A DNA stretch of 41,549 bases, taken from an uncultured Coxiellaceae bacterium. Its GTDB lineage: Bacteria > Pseudomonadota > Gammaproteobacteria > DSM-16500. The notes under the pieces are model-generated. The model had not been told where the DNA came from, made no database searches, and saw only the letters and a list, made by a program, of their open reading frames with translations. Below are positions 18,475 to 27,062 of this stretch, in pieces (positions within the stretch are counted from its first letter, which is position 1; each line of letters begins with the position of its first letter). The position numbers were made by a program, and so were the translations under genes. The DNA lies in assembly GCA_964489265.1 (NCBI GenBank), contig CAZAXX010000011.1:1-41549 (forward strand), read 5' to 3'.

Positions 18475-18544
18475 TGTCATCCTGAACGAAGTGAAGGATC
18501 GCCATGTTATAACGCAGAGATCCTTCACTTCGTTCAGGATGACA
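18475..18544. mobile_element. MITE family 1 copy (perfect hairpin)
   Basis: The sequence is tgtcatcctgaacgaagtgaaggatc - gccatgttataacgcaga - gatccttcacttcgttcaggatgaca, sitting between convergent genes. Confidence 0.8.
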
Positions 18545-18562
18545 AAAGCCCGCTCTGGACAA

Positions 18563-18937
18563 TCAATCTTTAGGCGTCAAAAGAGAAGTTCCTGCAGCGC
18601 CATTATGAAAATCTTCTGGTTTAACAAACAGTGAAATCGTATCTTGAAAATTCCCATAACATGTCAATGTTGTATTTGGCGCCATGCGATTGTCTTTACC
18701 ATTACAGGTGACTGTCACGTAATCGGATGTTTTACCTGCGCTTGTCGTCTCACTCACATGCAGGATAAGTTTGTTAGGATTTTCTGGCCAAAGCAGAAAA
18801 AGATACCCATCATCTTGCTTTTTGATTTCCCAGGCTTCTGGCGATGGTGAAGCCGTTTTTTTAGTCATACTTGCAAAAGCCGGCATTGTTAAAAATGACA
18901 TGACTGCCACAAGTATTATTTTTTCCATAAGTTTCAT
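18563..18937 (-). CDS. small secreted hypothetical protein
   Basis: AGGAA-N5-ATG precedes the start, and the N-terminus MKLMEKIILVAVMSFLTMPAFASMTKK is a signal peptide. The protein is 124 aa. Confidence 0.55.
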   Translation of the reverse strand: MKLMEKIILVAVMSFLTMPAFASMTKKTASPSPEAWEIKKQDDGYLFLLWPENPNKLILHVSETTSAGKTSDYVTVTCNGKDNRMAPNTTLTCYGNFQDTISLFVKPEDFHNGAAGTSLLTPKD

Positions 18938-18979
18938 GTTAATTCCTTTTTTAAAATAGCAAAGTATTATAAGGGCATT

Positions 18980-19384
18980 TTAATCAACATGAAAATTTCT
19001 TAGCAACCAACCTTCACCTAATTGATCAAAGCAATCCCCAAGATACACAGATAATTCATCAGTCGACATGATATATTCATTTCCAAGCGTTTCTACTGAA
19101 TGATGCAGATAACGATTAAAATGTTTTTGACAAAAGTCGGTATAATCCTGGGTATGTAAAATAAAACAATGCCACATCTTATCCAGCTTTTCTAACGGGG
19201 CGATCATATGCGTTAAAAGTTGGCGCTGAAAGCGGTGCTCGCTTAACCAGAGCCAACTTAATAAATCCTGAAAAATTTGTTTCGCTTGTCCAGCCGCTAT
19301 TTCAGGATTTTCTTTTTGGAATAGGCTCACCACTGATTCATTTTCATAACCAATCAGATGGGAAAGCTCGAGTAAAACTGCCAT
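18980..19384 (-). CDS. hypothetical protein
   Basis: This 134-aa ORF has only a weak RBS. Confidence 0.4.
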   Translation of the reverse strand: MAVLLELSHLIGYENESVVSLFQKENPEIAAGQAKQIFQDLLSWLWLSEHRFQRQLLTHMIAPLEKLDKMWHCFILHTQDYTDFCQKHFNRYLHHSVETLGNEYIMSTDELSVYLGDCFDQLGEGWLLRNFHVD

Positions 19385-19537
19385 TTAAAAGATATGACAG
19401 CAGCTTTTTAAAAGCGATTGATCACCTGTGATTTTCAGAACGATTCGGCAAATTAATTCATTTTTGGACATTTTTTTTACTCCTCTGGGTTATATTTTTG
19501 GGGAGTATAATGTCAAAGAACGAGTTACGCAATATTA

Positions 19538-19606
19538 GTCATGCTGAACGAAGTGAAGGATCTCCATGTTATAACTCGGAGATCCTTCACTTCGTTCAGG
19601 ATGACA
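19538..19606. mobile_element. MITE family 1 copy (near-perfect hairpin; atGctg variant in left arm)
   Basis: The sequence is gtcatgctgaacgaagtgaaggatctcc - atgttataactc - ggagatccttcacttcgttcaggatgac. Confidence 0.8.
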
Positions 19607-19704
19607 ATACCCCCCACGATAACGATTCATATTGAAGTTGAACAACCCCACAAGCTATAGTACTTACCATACTAGTTAGTGCAGAACCTATAAGGACATA
19701 GTCG

Positions 19705-20736
19705 ATGCCAACACTCATTCTTCTCACCATTGCATATCAAATTCAAAACATTAAATGGCGTTATCTTTTTTTACTGCTGACTGCTATCAGCTTCGTAGCT
19801 AATTTTTATCATGAGATGTGGCTACAGGAAATTTATTCTATCGTTGTAGCTATGTTGCTTTTTATGCTGACGCCAGACTTTGCGCGCTGGTGGCAAAAAC
19901 GCAACGATCGAAATAATCCTGTTTCCTTTTGGAATTTTGCAAAAGAAACGATGCTACTCGCTAAATACAACAAATATAAATTGTTTTTTTGGGTTGTATT
20001 TCTGACTGTGTCTATTACTGCTATTTGCTTCTATACAGGTTATACCAATGAAGCATTGTTAGGCAGCCTATTAGTTGTTTTTATTCTTATCTATGGATTA
20101 AAAAATTTATTTTCCTTGATCCTGCCACCCGAATGGTTTTTACATGATGTCAGCACAGAATATACTTTTTTTACAGTGTTTATCGCATATTGGTTAGCTG
20201 ATTTAATTACCCAAAAACTGGGGTTTGAATTTCTACTTCCCATGCTATTAGCTGCGACATTATGCTTAGCAGGATTTTTTCTGGTTCAAAAAAATAATCG
20301 TTATCTAATTCCCGGCTGCGCGTTGATTTTAGCTGATATTCTTTGGCAACTTCTGCGACTCATACAAAATAATGATACTTATACACATTCATTTATCACG
20401 ACGGTAATTGTTTTAGTGCTCGCTATGCTGATTGGATTACTTTGGCTAATCAAAAAACCCGGTGTCTTCCCTATCGTCTATTTAGCATTATTTCAACTTT
20501 TTCGTTTTTCGACATTCACCTATGAAGCAACCGATCACGCGATTTCCAATGATCTCTCACTATCTGAAGCATCCGATTATATCCTTTATTTAGTATGCTG
20601 GATGTACATTGTGCCCATGTTATTTTGGATAGTTGGATTGAAGCAACTTCAATATGGTGGAACAAGCGTAGAACACCACGCCGATCGAGAAAAGAAACGT
20701 TTTGAGAATTTTAAAAAGAGACTTAATAATAAATAA
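19705..20736 (+). CDS. polytopic integral membrane protein (8 or more predicted TM helices), function unknown
   Basis: Hydrophobic helices recur throughout the 343-aa ORF, and AAGGA lies 9 nt upstream. Confidence 0.55.
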   Translation: MPTLILLTIAYQIQNIKWRYLFLLLTAISFVANFYHEMWLQEIYSIVVAMLLFMLTPDFARWWQKRNDRNNPVSFWNFAKETMLLAKYNKYKLFFWVVFLTVSITAICFYTGYTNEALLGSLLVVFILIYGLKNLFSLILPPEWFLHDVSTEYTFFTVFIAYWLADLITQKLGFEFLLPMLLAATLCLAGFFLVQKNNRYLIPGCALILADILWQLLRLIQNNDTYTHSFITTVIVLVLAMLIGLLWLIKKPGVFPIVYLALFQLFRFSTFTYEATDHAISNDLSLSEASDYILYLVCWMYIVPMLFWIVGLKQLQYGGTSVEHHADREKKRFENFKKRLNNK

Positions 20737-20771
20737 TTCTCTGCAGTTTAATTGGGCATAACAGCGCCCTA

Positions 20772-20799
20772 TTGACACTTTTCTTCCAGATATTATACA
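20772..20799 (+). promoter_or_regulatory. sigma70-like promoter candidate (TTGACA-N16-TATACA)
   Basis: A perfect -35 hexamer sits at 20772..20777 and a 4/6 -10 at 20794..20799. That places the transcript start near 20806, so the gene likely begins at the second ATG (20831). Confidence 0.35.
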
Positions 20800-20830
20800 C
20801 TGCTTGCAGATTTATCCTAATGAGATAAGC

Positions 20831-22237
20831 ATGTCTAATAGCAGAAACACCACATCCTCGACCACGTCGTTTATTTCACAAAAAATGCCGGCACAACCCA
20901 ATACAACGGTTGCGTCATTTTTAACAGATATCGCAGATGTTGATGGCGTAATTGATCTTGCTACGTTGGAAAAAATTGCTGGTGGCGGCACGCATGATAT
21001 CTTTCGATCGAAACAGCATCCTGCATTATTGTTAAAAGTCATGAGAGACACAGCAGGAAAAAATAAAGATGACCTCGCGCTACCGTTACAAATGCATGAT
21101 GATCAATGTGAAGTACTATATGAGACATTCGCACCATCGCGTTGTATTGTTGAAAACCGTTCAATACGACAAATAAAAAATCTTCAATCAAATCACGAAA
21201 CACAAGTGGCTATTGTGTCAGTCGTACCTTTTGATTCTTGTTTTGAAAGCAAAGAACAATTTGGTTTTAATGTCGTACCCATCGAATGTGATCCCTTACT
21301 CATTGAATCGAAGCGTCATTTGTATCAAATGGCAAATAGGGAATTATTGGGAGACAAGCAAGTAAAACCAAGTTTCTATGTCATGAAAAATTATCCTTTA
21401 CTCAACCCGCGCTTTGAAAAAATTTTTAAACTGCTTGAGACGGATGCGGGTCTAGCAGTAGCAATGCGTGAATTTCTAACGAAATATAAAAAGTTTTATA
21501 AAAGAAGCGGACTTTTGCTGGATACCATTGGTTTAGATAATGTTCTTTTTTATAAAGATGCAAATGGCTGGCAATTTAAATTAGGTAGTGTCATTAAACA
21601 TGATAGTGCTGCACTCACAAGGAAAACATTAGAGGCAATCAAAACTAATCCATCTATCGTGCACGATTCACTTTTATATCGTACTTCAATTTACTTAATG
21701 CCTGCTTGCATTCGTGCATTAAATGCTTGTGCTGAAAAAGTCGGGATAGGAAAAATCATAGATAATATTGTCTTAGATGAAAGTACCATTAATCGCTTAG
21801 CAAAAATGCATGAACAACTTGGCAAAGATCATCGCATTATCAATTTCGCAGAGCACGGCCAATTTGCCAAAGCGTTAGAGTTATTTCAACAGTATGTACC
21901 TGAAGAAAAAGAATATGATACAAGATTGCGAGACATGCTGGGAACACACTACTGGGAACATGTCAAAAAAGGTGGCCAGACAAATTCCCTGGAGGAGCTA
22001 GAAACGTATTTAACTATGTTGCGCGATCCACGAAATGATTTTCCGGATTTTAGAAAAAAAGCTGTGGAAGAAGCGACAGTTGGACTGCAAGATAAGCTAC
22101 AATCCATGCAAAATCTAGAGGAAAAAGTTTCTCATAAAAAATCATCAGCAACACTCTACGGAAAAGATTTTCGTGAAAAAAGAGAAAATGAATCTGATAA
22201 AGAATATGTGGCTAGATTATCGAGGTTGAGAAAGTAA
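20831..22237 (+). CDS. hypothetical protein; weak resemblance to an atypical protein-kinase fold
   Basis: The start is moved to ATG 20831 because of the promoter position. A Gly-rich loop plus Lys (IAGGGTHDIFRSKQHPALLLKV) and a later LLDTIGLDNVLFYKDANGWQFKLGSVIKHD segment are reminiscent of a kinase catalytic loop and DFG-like segment, but the spacing is unusual. Confidence 0.45.
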   Translation: MSNSRNTTSSTTSFISQKMPAQPNTTVASFLTDIADVDGVIDLATLEKIAGGGTHDIFRSKQHPALLLKVMRDTAGKNKDDLALPLQMHDDQCEVLYETFAPSRCIVENRSIRQIKNLQSNHETQVAIVSVVPFDSCFESKEQFGFNVVPIECDPLLIESKRHLYQMANRELLGDKQVKPSFYVMKNYPLLNPRFEKIFKLLETDAGLAVAMREFLTKYKKFYKRSGLLLDTIGLDNVLFYKDANGWQFKLGSVIKHDSAALTRKTLEAIKTNPSIVHDSLLYRTSIYLMPACIRALNACAEKVGIGKIIDNIVLDESTINRLAKMHEQLGKDHRIINFAEHGQFAKALELFQQYVPEEKEYDTRLRDMLGTHYWEHVKKGGQTNSLEELETYLTMLRDPRNDFPDFRKKAVEEATVGLQDKLQSMQNLEEKVSHKKSSATLYGKDFREKRENESDKEYVARLSRLRK

Positions 22238-22315
22238 GCTATTCCCGTCATCCCGCACTGAACTGTCTCTGTAATTTTTCCAAAGAATTTGTCCTGAATC
22301 TTGCAAAATTTAACT

Positions 22316-24415
22316 CTACGTGGCGGATCCTTGATTAAAACGCATAGTGACGACTGGGTTTGGCTGTTCTTCATTTATGAAAGAGATCATTAAATTTTCT
22401 TGTTCTTTGTCAAGATTGCCTTTTGTAATCTTCTGTGCAATGTCATCCAATATCATTTTTCTGACATCTAGATCAATACTTCGGTTCGCATACATTTTGT
22501 AAGCCGATAGATACTCACTTTTCACGTCTGGGTTTAATTGGCTAATACAGTGGTCCAGCTTGGAAAAAAAAGATAACTCATCTAAGAACTCCTGCTCAGT
22601 TTTAAATTCTTTAGCTATATTATATAAATTATTAATTGCTTCATATCTTGAAGATTGAGGAATATTTTCCTTAGGTATCTTAGATGATATCAAATCACAA
22701 CGCTTTACATATTCATAGAATTGAGTGTTATCATCTGATTTTTCAAATACCATTGTCATTGTAGGTAAGGACACTGAATTGAATTTATCTAGCGGATTCT
22801 CTTTGTATTCATCACCACGCATTTTTGTCCAGTGCACTAGGTTTAAACGAAGAGCTTGATCCTTACAATCCCTTATATCTTCAAAGTTAATGGAAGCTCC
22901 ATGCTCAATTAAAAATTGAGAAAGTGCATTATTTTTATTGTTAATAGCATAGAACAGTTTTGTGTGTTCAGCAGTATCTTTAGTATCAATTAAATCTTTT
23001 ATTACCAATACTGGGAGGCCATTCAACAATTCACTCGCGGCTTTGAAATTATTATTTTTTAAATGTGTATCGAGTTCTATTTCAAGATATGACATCAATG
23101 AATTATCCCCAGCAAGAGAATTTTTTTTATATAAAATTTGTGGGAAACCCCGCATCATCTCTGGAAATTGCGAAAATCGAGTTATGAAATCTTTAATAAT
23201 ATGAATAGCATTATTTCTATCAGCAATATTCAATATATTTTTGTTTGAAATTAAATTCCAAATACTATGGGAAAAACAGTCTATTACTGTTCCATGAGCT
23301 TTACTTTCGGTATTAATCGCAGCTCCATTTTTAATAAGAAGTTCAGCCATCTCAAATTTTCCATTAAGTGCTGCCCATAAAAGAGGAGTCAGTCCGTTAT
23401 CATCTCTCGTCTCAAGTTTTGCATTTTTTCCAATTAATAATGAAACTATCTGGAAATAACCTTGCCGAACAGCCATCATTAACGCAGTTGCATTTTTAGT
23501 TGTTTCCTTAAAAACTGGGGGTACAAAATCAAGGTCAATGGAAATCTCATTCTTTTCCGCAGCTGCAAAGATATCTTTTAGCTCTGTATCATATCCATTT
23601 GTCGGCGGATGGGAGGATGCATTCTCTGAATCAGGTGGTCGTGATGCTCCAATATAGATATTTGTCATTAAAAGCTCTTGTATCTTTATGATTTGCTTTT
23701 CTTCGCTATCCTTTAAAATGTTGTCCCAGATTTTTTCTGCCTCGTAGCAATCACGGTCAGGTATACAACGAATACCTAAATCTAGTTCAGCAGAATCTAA
23801 AAAATTCATAAATAATCTTTTGGGAGCGGAACGTTCTATACCATAGGCCGCTGTATGCTCTGGATGATCTAAGATATCATCTACAGTTGCATGAAAGGTA
23901 AATGTTAAGCATGCTAATGCTAACTCATTTCGCTTAAATAATTCCTTGTTTAATACCGATCGATTTAACCATGAAAGTATTTTTGTTCCACTCATCTCTG
24001 TTACGTAAAAGGATAGCCCTATGAATTTAAAACACTGCTCCATATGCAGCTGTTTAAGTTCAGGGTCAATGCTGTCTGCCTGTTTTATAGTGTCAAAATG
24101 AACTACACCTGGCATACCTTCTTGAGCAACAACAAATTTTCCTTTGCCAAAAATCTCCTTTGCTTTTTTAATCGTCTCATCATCCGCGTGATCAGGAAGC
24201 CCGGGTCTAGATCGAGCTTCAACTATGAGAGAGTTCAAAGCAGCTGCTTTAGGCACAAAACCAACAACCGCATGTCTTCGGAAGCCAGCAAAAGTTTCGT
24301 TGCAACTTTTTCTAATTAATTCCTTGGATTCACCATCAAATCTTATATTATTGAAGACATTATCGTTAACACCTTCGCTAAGTGAGTACAATCGTTCGCG
24401 TTTTCGTGTTTTCAT
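22316..24415 (-). CDS. ankyrin-repeat protein (eukaryote-like, effector-like)
   Basis: At least three consecutive ANK repeats are present (TALMMAVRQGYFQIVSLLIGKNAKLETRDDNGLTPLLWAALNGKFEMAELLIKNGAAIN...). The start is set at ATG 24415 with GAGGA-N5 upstream, because the track start at 24454 is a TTG without an SD. Confidence 0.75.
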   Translation of the reverse strand: MKTRKRERLYSLSEGVNDNVFNNIRFDGESKELIRKSCNETFAGFRRHAVVGFVPKAAALNSLIVEARSRPGLPDHADDETIKKAKEIFGKGKFVVAQEGMPGVVHFDTIKQADSIDPELKQLHMEQCFKFIGLSFYVTEMSGTKILSWLNRSVLNKELFKRNELALACLTFTFHATVDDILDHPEHTAAYGIERSAPKRLFMNFLDSAELDLGIRCIPDRDCYEAEKIWDNILKDSEEKQIIKIQELLMTNIYIGASRPPDSENASSHPPTNGYDTELKDIFAAAEKNEISIDLDFVPPVFKETTKNATALMMAVRQGYFQIVSLLIGKNAKLETRDDNGLTPLLWAALNGKFEMAELLIKNGAAINTESKAHGTVIDCFSHSIWNLISNKNILNIADRNNAIHIIKDFITRFSQFPEMMRGFPQILYKKNSLAGDNSLMSYLEIELDTHLKNNNFKAASELLNGLPVLVIKDLIDTKDTAEHTKLFYAINNKNNALSQFLIEHGASINFEDIRDCKDQALRLNLVHWTKMRGDEYKENPLDKFNSVSLPTMTMVFEKSDDNTQFYEYVKRCDLISSKIPKENIPQSSRYEAINNLYNIAKEFKTEQEFLDELSFFSKLDHCISQLNPDVKSEYLSAYKMYANRSIDLDVRKMILDDIAQKITKGNLDKEQENLMISFINEEQPNPVVTMRFNQGSAT

Positions 24416-24576
24416 GTTTGTCCTCGCTAAAGTACTAAATTTAGTATGACACAAAATTAAACAATGTGTTCTAATTCTGGCTGGGCGATTTTTGGTAGCT
24501 TATTGATATAACTAACAATATATAAAAGGATTTCAGCTGTGTTTAGAACACCCGCTATAACTCAAGAGATACTATC

Positions 24577-25317
24577 ATGCCTGGCAACAATATCTTGTCC
24601 TTATTAACACTTAATAAGGGATTCAAACGTCTCATTAAAAACTCGCCACAGCTCAACATCATTTATTTACAATGGATGATCCTGCAGATACCCCGCTATC
24701 AAGAAAAAAGAGAAAAAGAAATTCGTGCATCGATTATGAAATTAGAGACGCGTTTAGCGGAATCAAAGAAGAGTTTTAATTGCAGCATTGAGCCCAGTAA
24801 AGGGCCCAAAGACAGAGGAATATTTACGGGCATCTGCTGCACCCTGTCTGGATCATTTTGTAATTTCACGACTTGTATCACTCAATGTTGTAATAACTGT
24901 AGTTGCTGCAATCCATTTTGTATTGCTGGCTCAGCTTGCGGCAAAGGTGCATTTGGCGCATCTTGCTCGTGGGGAACCTGCTATCCAGCCGCCCCCGCAT
25001 GCATCACGGGTTACGCTTGTCTTGGTGTTGGTGTCTTGGCTTTAACTTATACTGCATTCCAAAATTGTTCTTTAGATTGCAATTATCAGTATTCTTTGAC
25101 TTCCTGTTGTATTAAACATCAGATCAGCAAGCAAACTTCAATCCTGGAAAGAGGTATTTCAGAAGAATGTAATGTACTTGAAGAACGTTTATTATTAAAA
25201 ATTTCATTTTTTATGAAAAAACTTAAACAAGTCTTGCCTGTTGTACCAGAAGAAAAGAGGGGAAAACAAAAAGTAAATGCGAGTGAACATGTTGGGCTTT
25301 TAGTTAAACCAGGATAG
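24577..25317 (+). CDS. cysteine-rich hypothetical protein (26 Cys clustered in ~100 aa, several CC pairs)
   Basis: The central region reads GICCTLSGSFCNFTTCITQCCNNCSCCNPFCIAGSACGKGAFGASCSWGTCYPAAPACITGYACLG...CSLDCNYQYSLTSCC. There is no good SD at the first ATG, and alternative starts exist at 24676 and 24736. Confidence 0.4.
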   Translation: MPGNNILSLLTLNKGFKRLIKNSPQLNIIYLQWMILQIPRYQEKREKEIRASIMKLETRLAESKKSFNCSIEPSKGPKDRGIFTGICCTLSGSFCNFTTCITQCCNNCSCCNPFCIAGSACGKGAFGASCSWGTCYPAAPACITGYACLGVGVLALTYTAFQNCSLDCNYQYSLTSCCIKHQISKQTSILERGISEECNVLEERLLLKISFFMKKLKQVLPVVPEEKRGKQKVNASEHVGLLVKPG

Positions 25318-25329
25318 AGTGGAAAAAAA

Positions 25330-25494
25330 TGTCATTGCCGCGAAATACTGTCATTCCCGCGAAGGCGGGAATCTATAAATCCCTTATGATAATGCCAAAT
25401 TGTTAAACTGACCTTGTAATAATTCATGATAGATTCCCGCCTTCGCGGGAATGACAGTATTTCGCGGGAATGATATTTTGTCGTGGAAATGACA
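25330..25494. mobile_element. MITE family 2: ~165-bp element with ~44-bp terminal inverted repeats, each containing its own GC-rich hairpin
   Basis: The left end is atgtcattgccgcgaaatactgtcattcccgcgaaggcgggaatcta and the right end tagattcccgccttcgcgggaatgacagtatttcgcgggaatgata...ggaaatgaca, around an AT-rich ~55-bp centre. The sub-hairpin is attcccgc-gaag-gcgggaat. The termini are TGTCAT/ATGACA, as in family 1. Confidence 0.7.
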
Positions 25495-26927
25495 CTAAGA
25501 ATCACTACTCTTTCGCCTAGGCAAATGAAGGTGAAGGTCAGCAAGCTCAGTGCCCGGTTCGGTGTCTTTATCAACCTTAGATTTAAATAGTCTGGCGTGG
25601 GATTTATTTGCTTTAGCTTCATCTTCCGGTGTTTTTTCCAGCGATTGAATTTGTTTTTTCATTTCTTTTATAATCTTAGGGTCCAGGGGATACGATAGGC
25701 ATTTTTTTAAAAGATCTAATTGAGTCTCTACTGGTTCAATCTTCTTTAGTTCATCTAAAATTTTCTTCTCTTTATCAAATAAAGTTACTAATCCTAAAGA
25801 TGCATTAGTCGCATCAACTTGATTTCCATGCAGACGTGCTACATCTATTGCCTGAATAAAATCAGCAACTGCCAATGCAAAGTTTTTCTGTTCAACATAA
25901 ATTCCTGCGCGTAAGAAATGGCTCGCATATGTCGCAAGATACAACTTTTGCTTATCCGCCGTGGGAGATTGTTTTTCAAGAGCGATAAATACGAGATAAT
26001 CGATCACTGCGAAGCATAACATTGACCACGAAGAAAATAGGCTTCTGTGAACTCAGGTTTTAATTCAACAACCTTGTCACAAAATTCGATAGCTTTTTTA
26101 TACTCACGCGCTTTCTGATGATGCTCTGCTTGTTGATAGAAATCCAAATAGTTTGTTGGTGGCGGCAAGGTAGAAGTCGGATCTTTTTTCAGTGCCTCTA
26201 TAAGTTTCCTAATTTCATCTTTCTGTTTTTCCCATTCAGGTTTTTTTAAATGCCTGCAGTCATGGTAAAATTCACGTCCTAATGGAACTGTTTTCTGCAG
26301 GCATTTTTCCAGCAAAACGATCTGAACTTCTCTGGATTGAATTTCTTTCATAATAAACGTAATGATTAAGTCATGAGTCTTTTGTACAGACATCCATTTG
26401 CTCAAGAATTTAGAGTATTCAGCATCCTCCTTATCACCACGAGCGATGGAATTTAGTATATGGATTAGATATTCTTCTTGATCATGCTTATAGCATCTCG
26501 CAAGATGCTGACGACATTTATTTTTTGTTTTTTCTATAACTGCAGAATCTTTAGATGGAATATCTTTAGATAGAATAGCTAGCGCTTCGTTATATATCCG
26601 GATGGCTATATCATAAAAGCCAAGATCTTCATATAAATGCGCTTTAGCATATAAAATGCTACTCATTTTTTTCAGATTTTTTTTAGCATCCGGATTTAAT
26701 ATTAAATACAGGTTATAGTCAGCAATAGCTTTACAAGCATCCTCTATTTTTTTCGAAGCAGCAATAACGTCTGCACGTACCAGATAAGCCTTTGCTGATG
26801 ATGGATTGGATTTTATGACATCGTCTAAATAAATTAATGCCTCAGCATATTTTTTTTCTTTATATAATTGAGCTGCTTTATTGAAATCAAAGCCAGAGGT
26901 TTTTTGTTCGCCACGATCCTGAGCCAT
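25495..26927 (-). CDS. TPR-repeat protein, apparently split into two overlapping ORFs (26004..26927 and 25495..26022; frameshift or authentic two-gene arrangement)
   Basis: Both ORFs are built of TPR-like helices (e.g. AKAYLVRADVIAASKK, KAREYKKAIEFCDKVVELKPEFTEAYFLRGQCYA and FALAVADFIQAIDVARLHGNQ). They overlap by 19 nt in different frames. Confidence 0.5.
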
Positions 26928-26979
26928 TTTAGCTACCTCTTTTCATGTCATATCCTTTAAATATAGCACATTGTACTGT

Positions 26980-27014
26980 TGTCATCCTGAACGTTCACTT
27001 CGTTCAGGATAACA
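26980..27014. mobile_element. MITE family 1 truncated copy (35 bp, internally deleted)
   Basis: The sequence tgtcatcctgaacg|ttcacttcgttcaggataaca retains both termini but lacks the central ~35 bp. Confidence 0.6.
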
Positions 27015-27062
27015 AGTTAATTATAATTTCTTGTTATACAAGAGATTTTTACAATCCGTCAG

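Noticed and set aside
22241-22262. Possible sixth family-1 MITE remnant (cgtcatcccgcactgaac)
   Set aside because: It shares only the ~8-nt gtcatcc start, has no complementary arm, and is too short to distinguish from chance.
25332-25622. 96-aa - strand ORF inside the large MITE
   Set aside because: It is encoded by the palindromic repeat itself (…SRLRGNDSISRQ) and has no RBS, so it is an artefact of the repeat being stop-free.
6809-27014. CRISPR array interpretation of the repeated hairpins
   Set aside because: The copies are 1-8 kb apart, irregularly spaced and each is a self-complementary palindrome with variable loop. There is no repeat-spacer periodicity and no cas genes.
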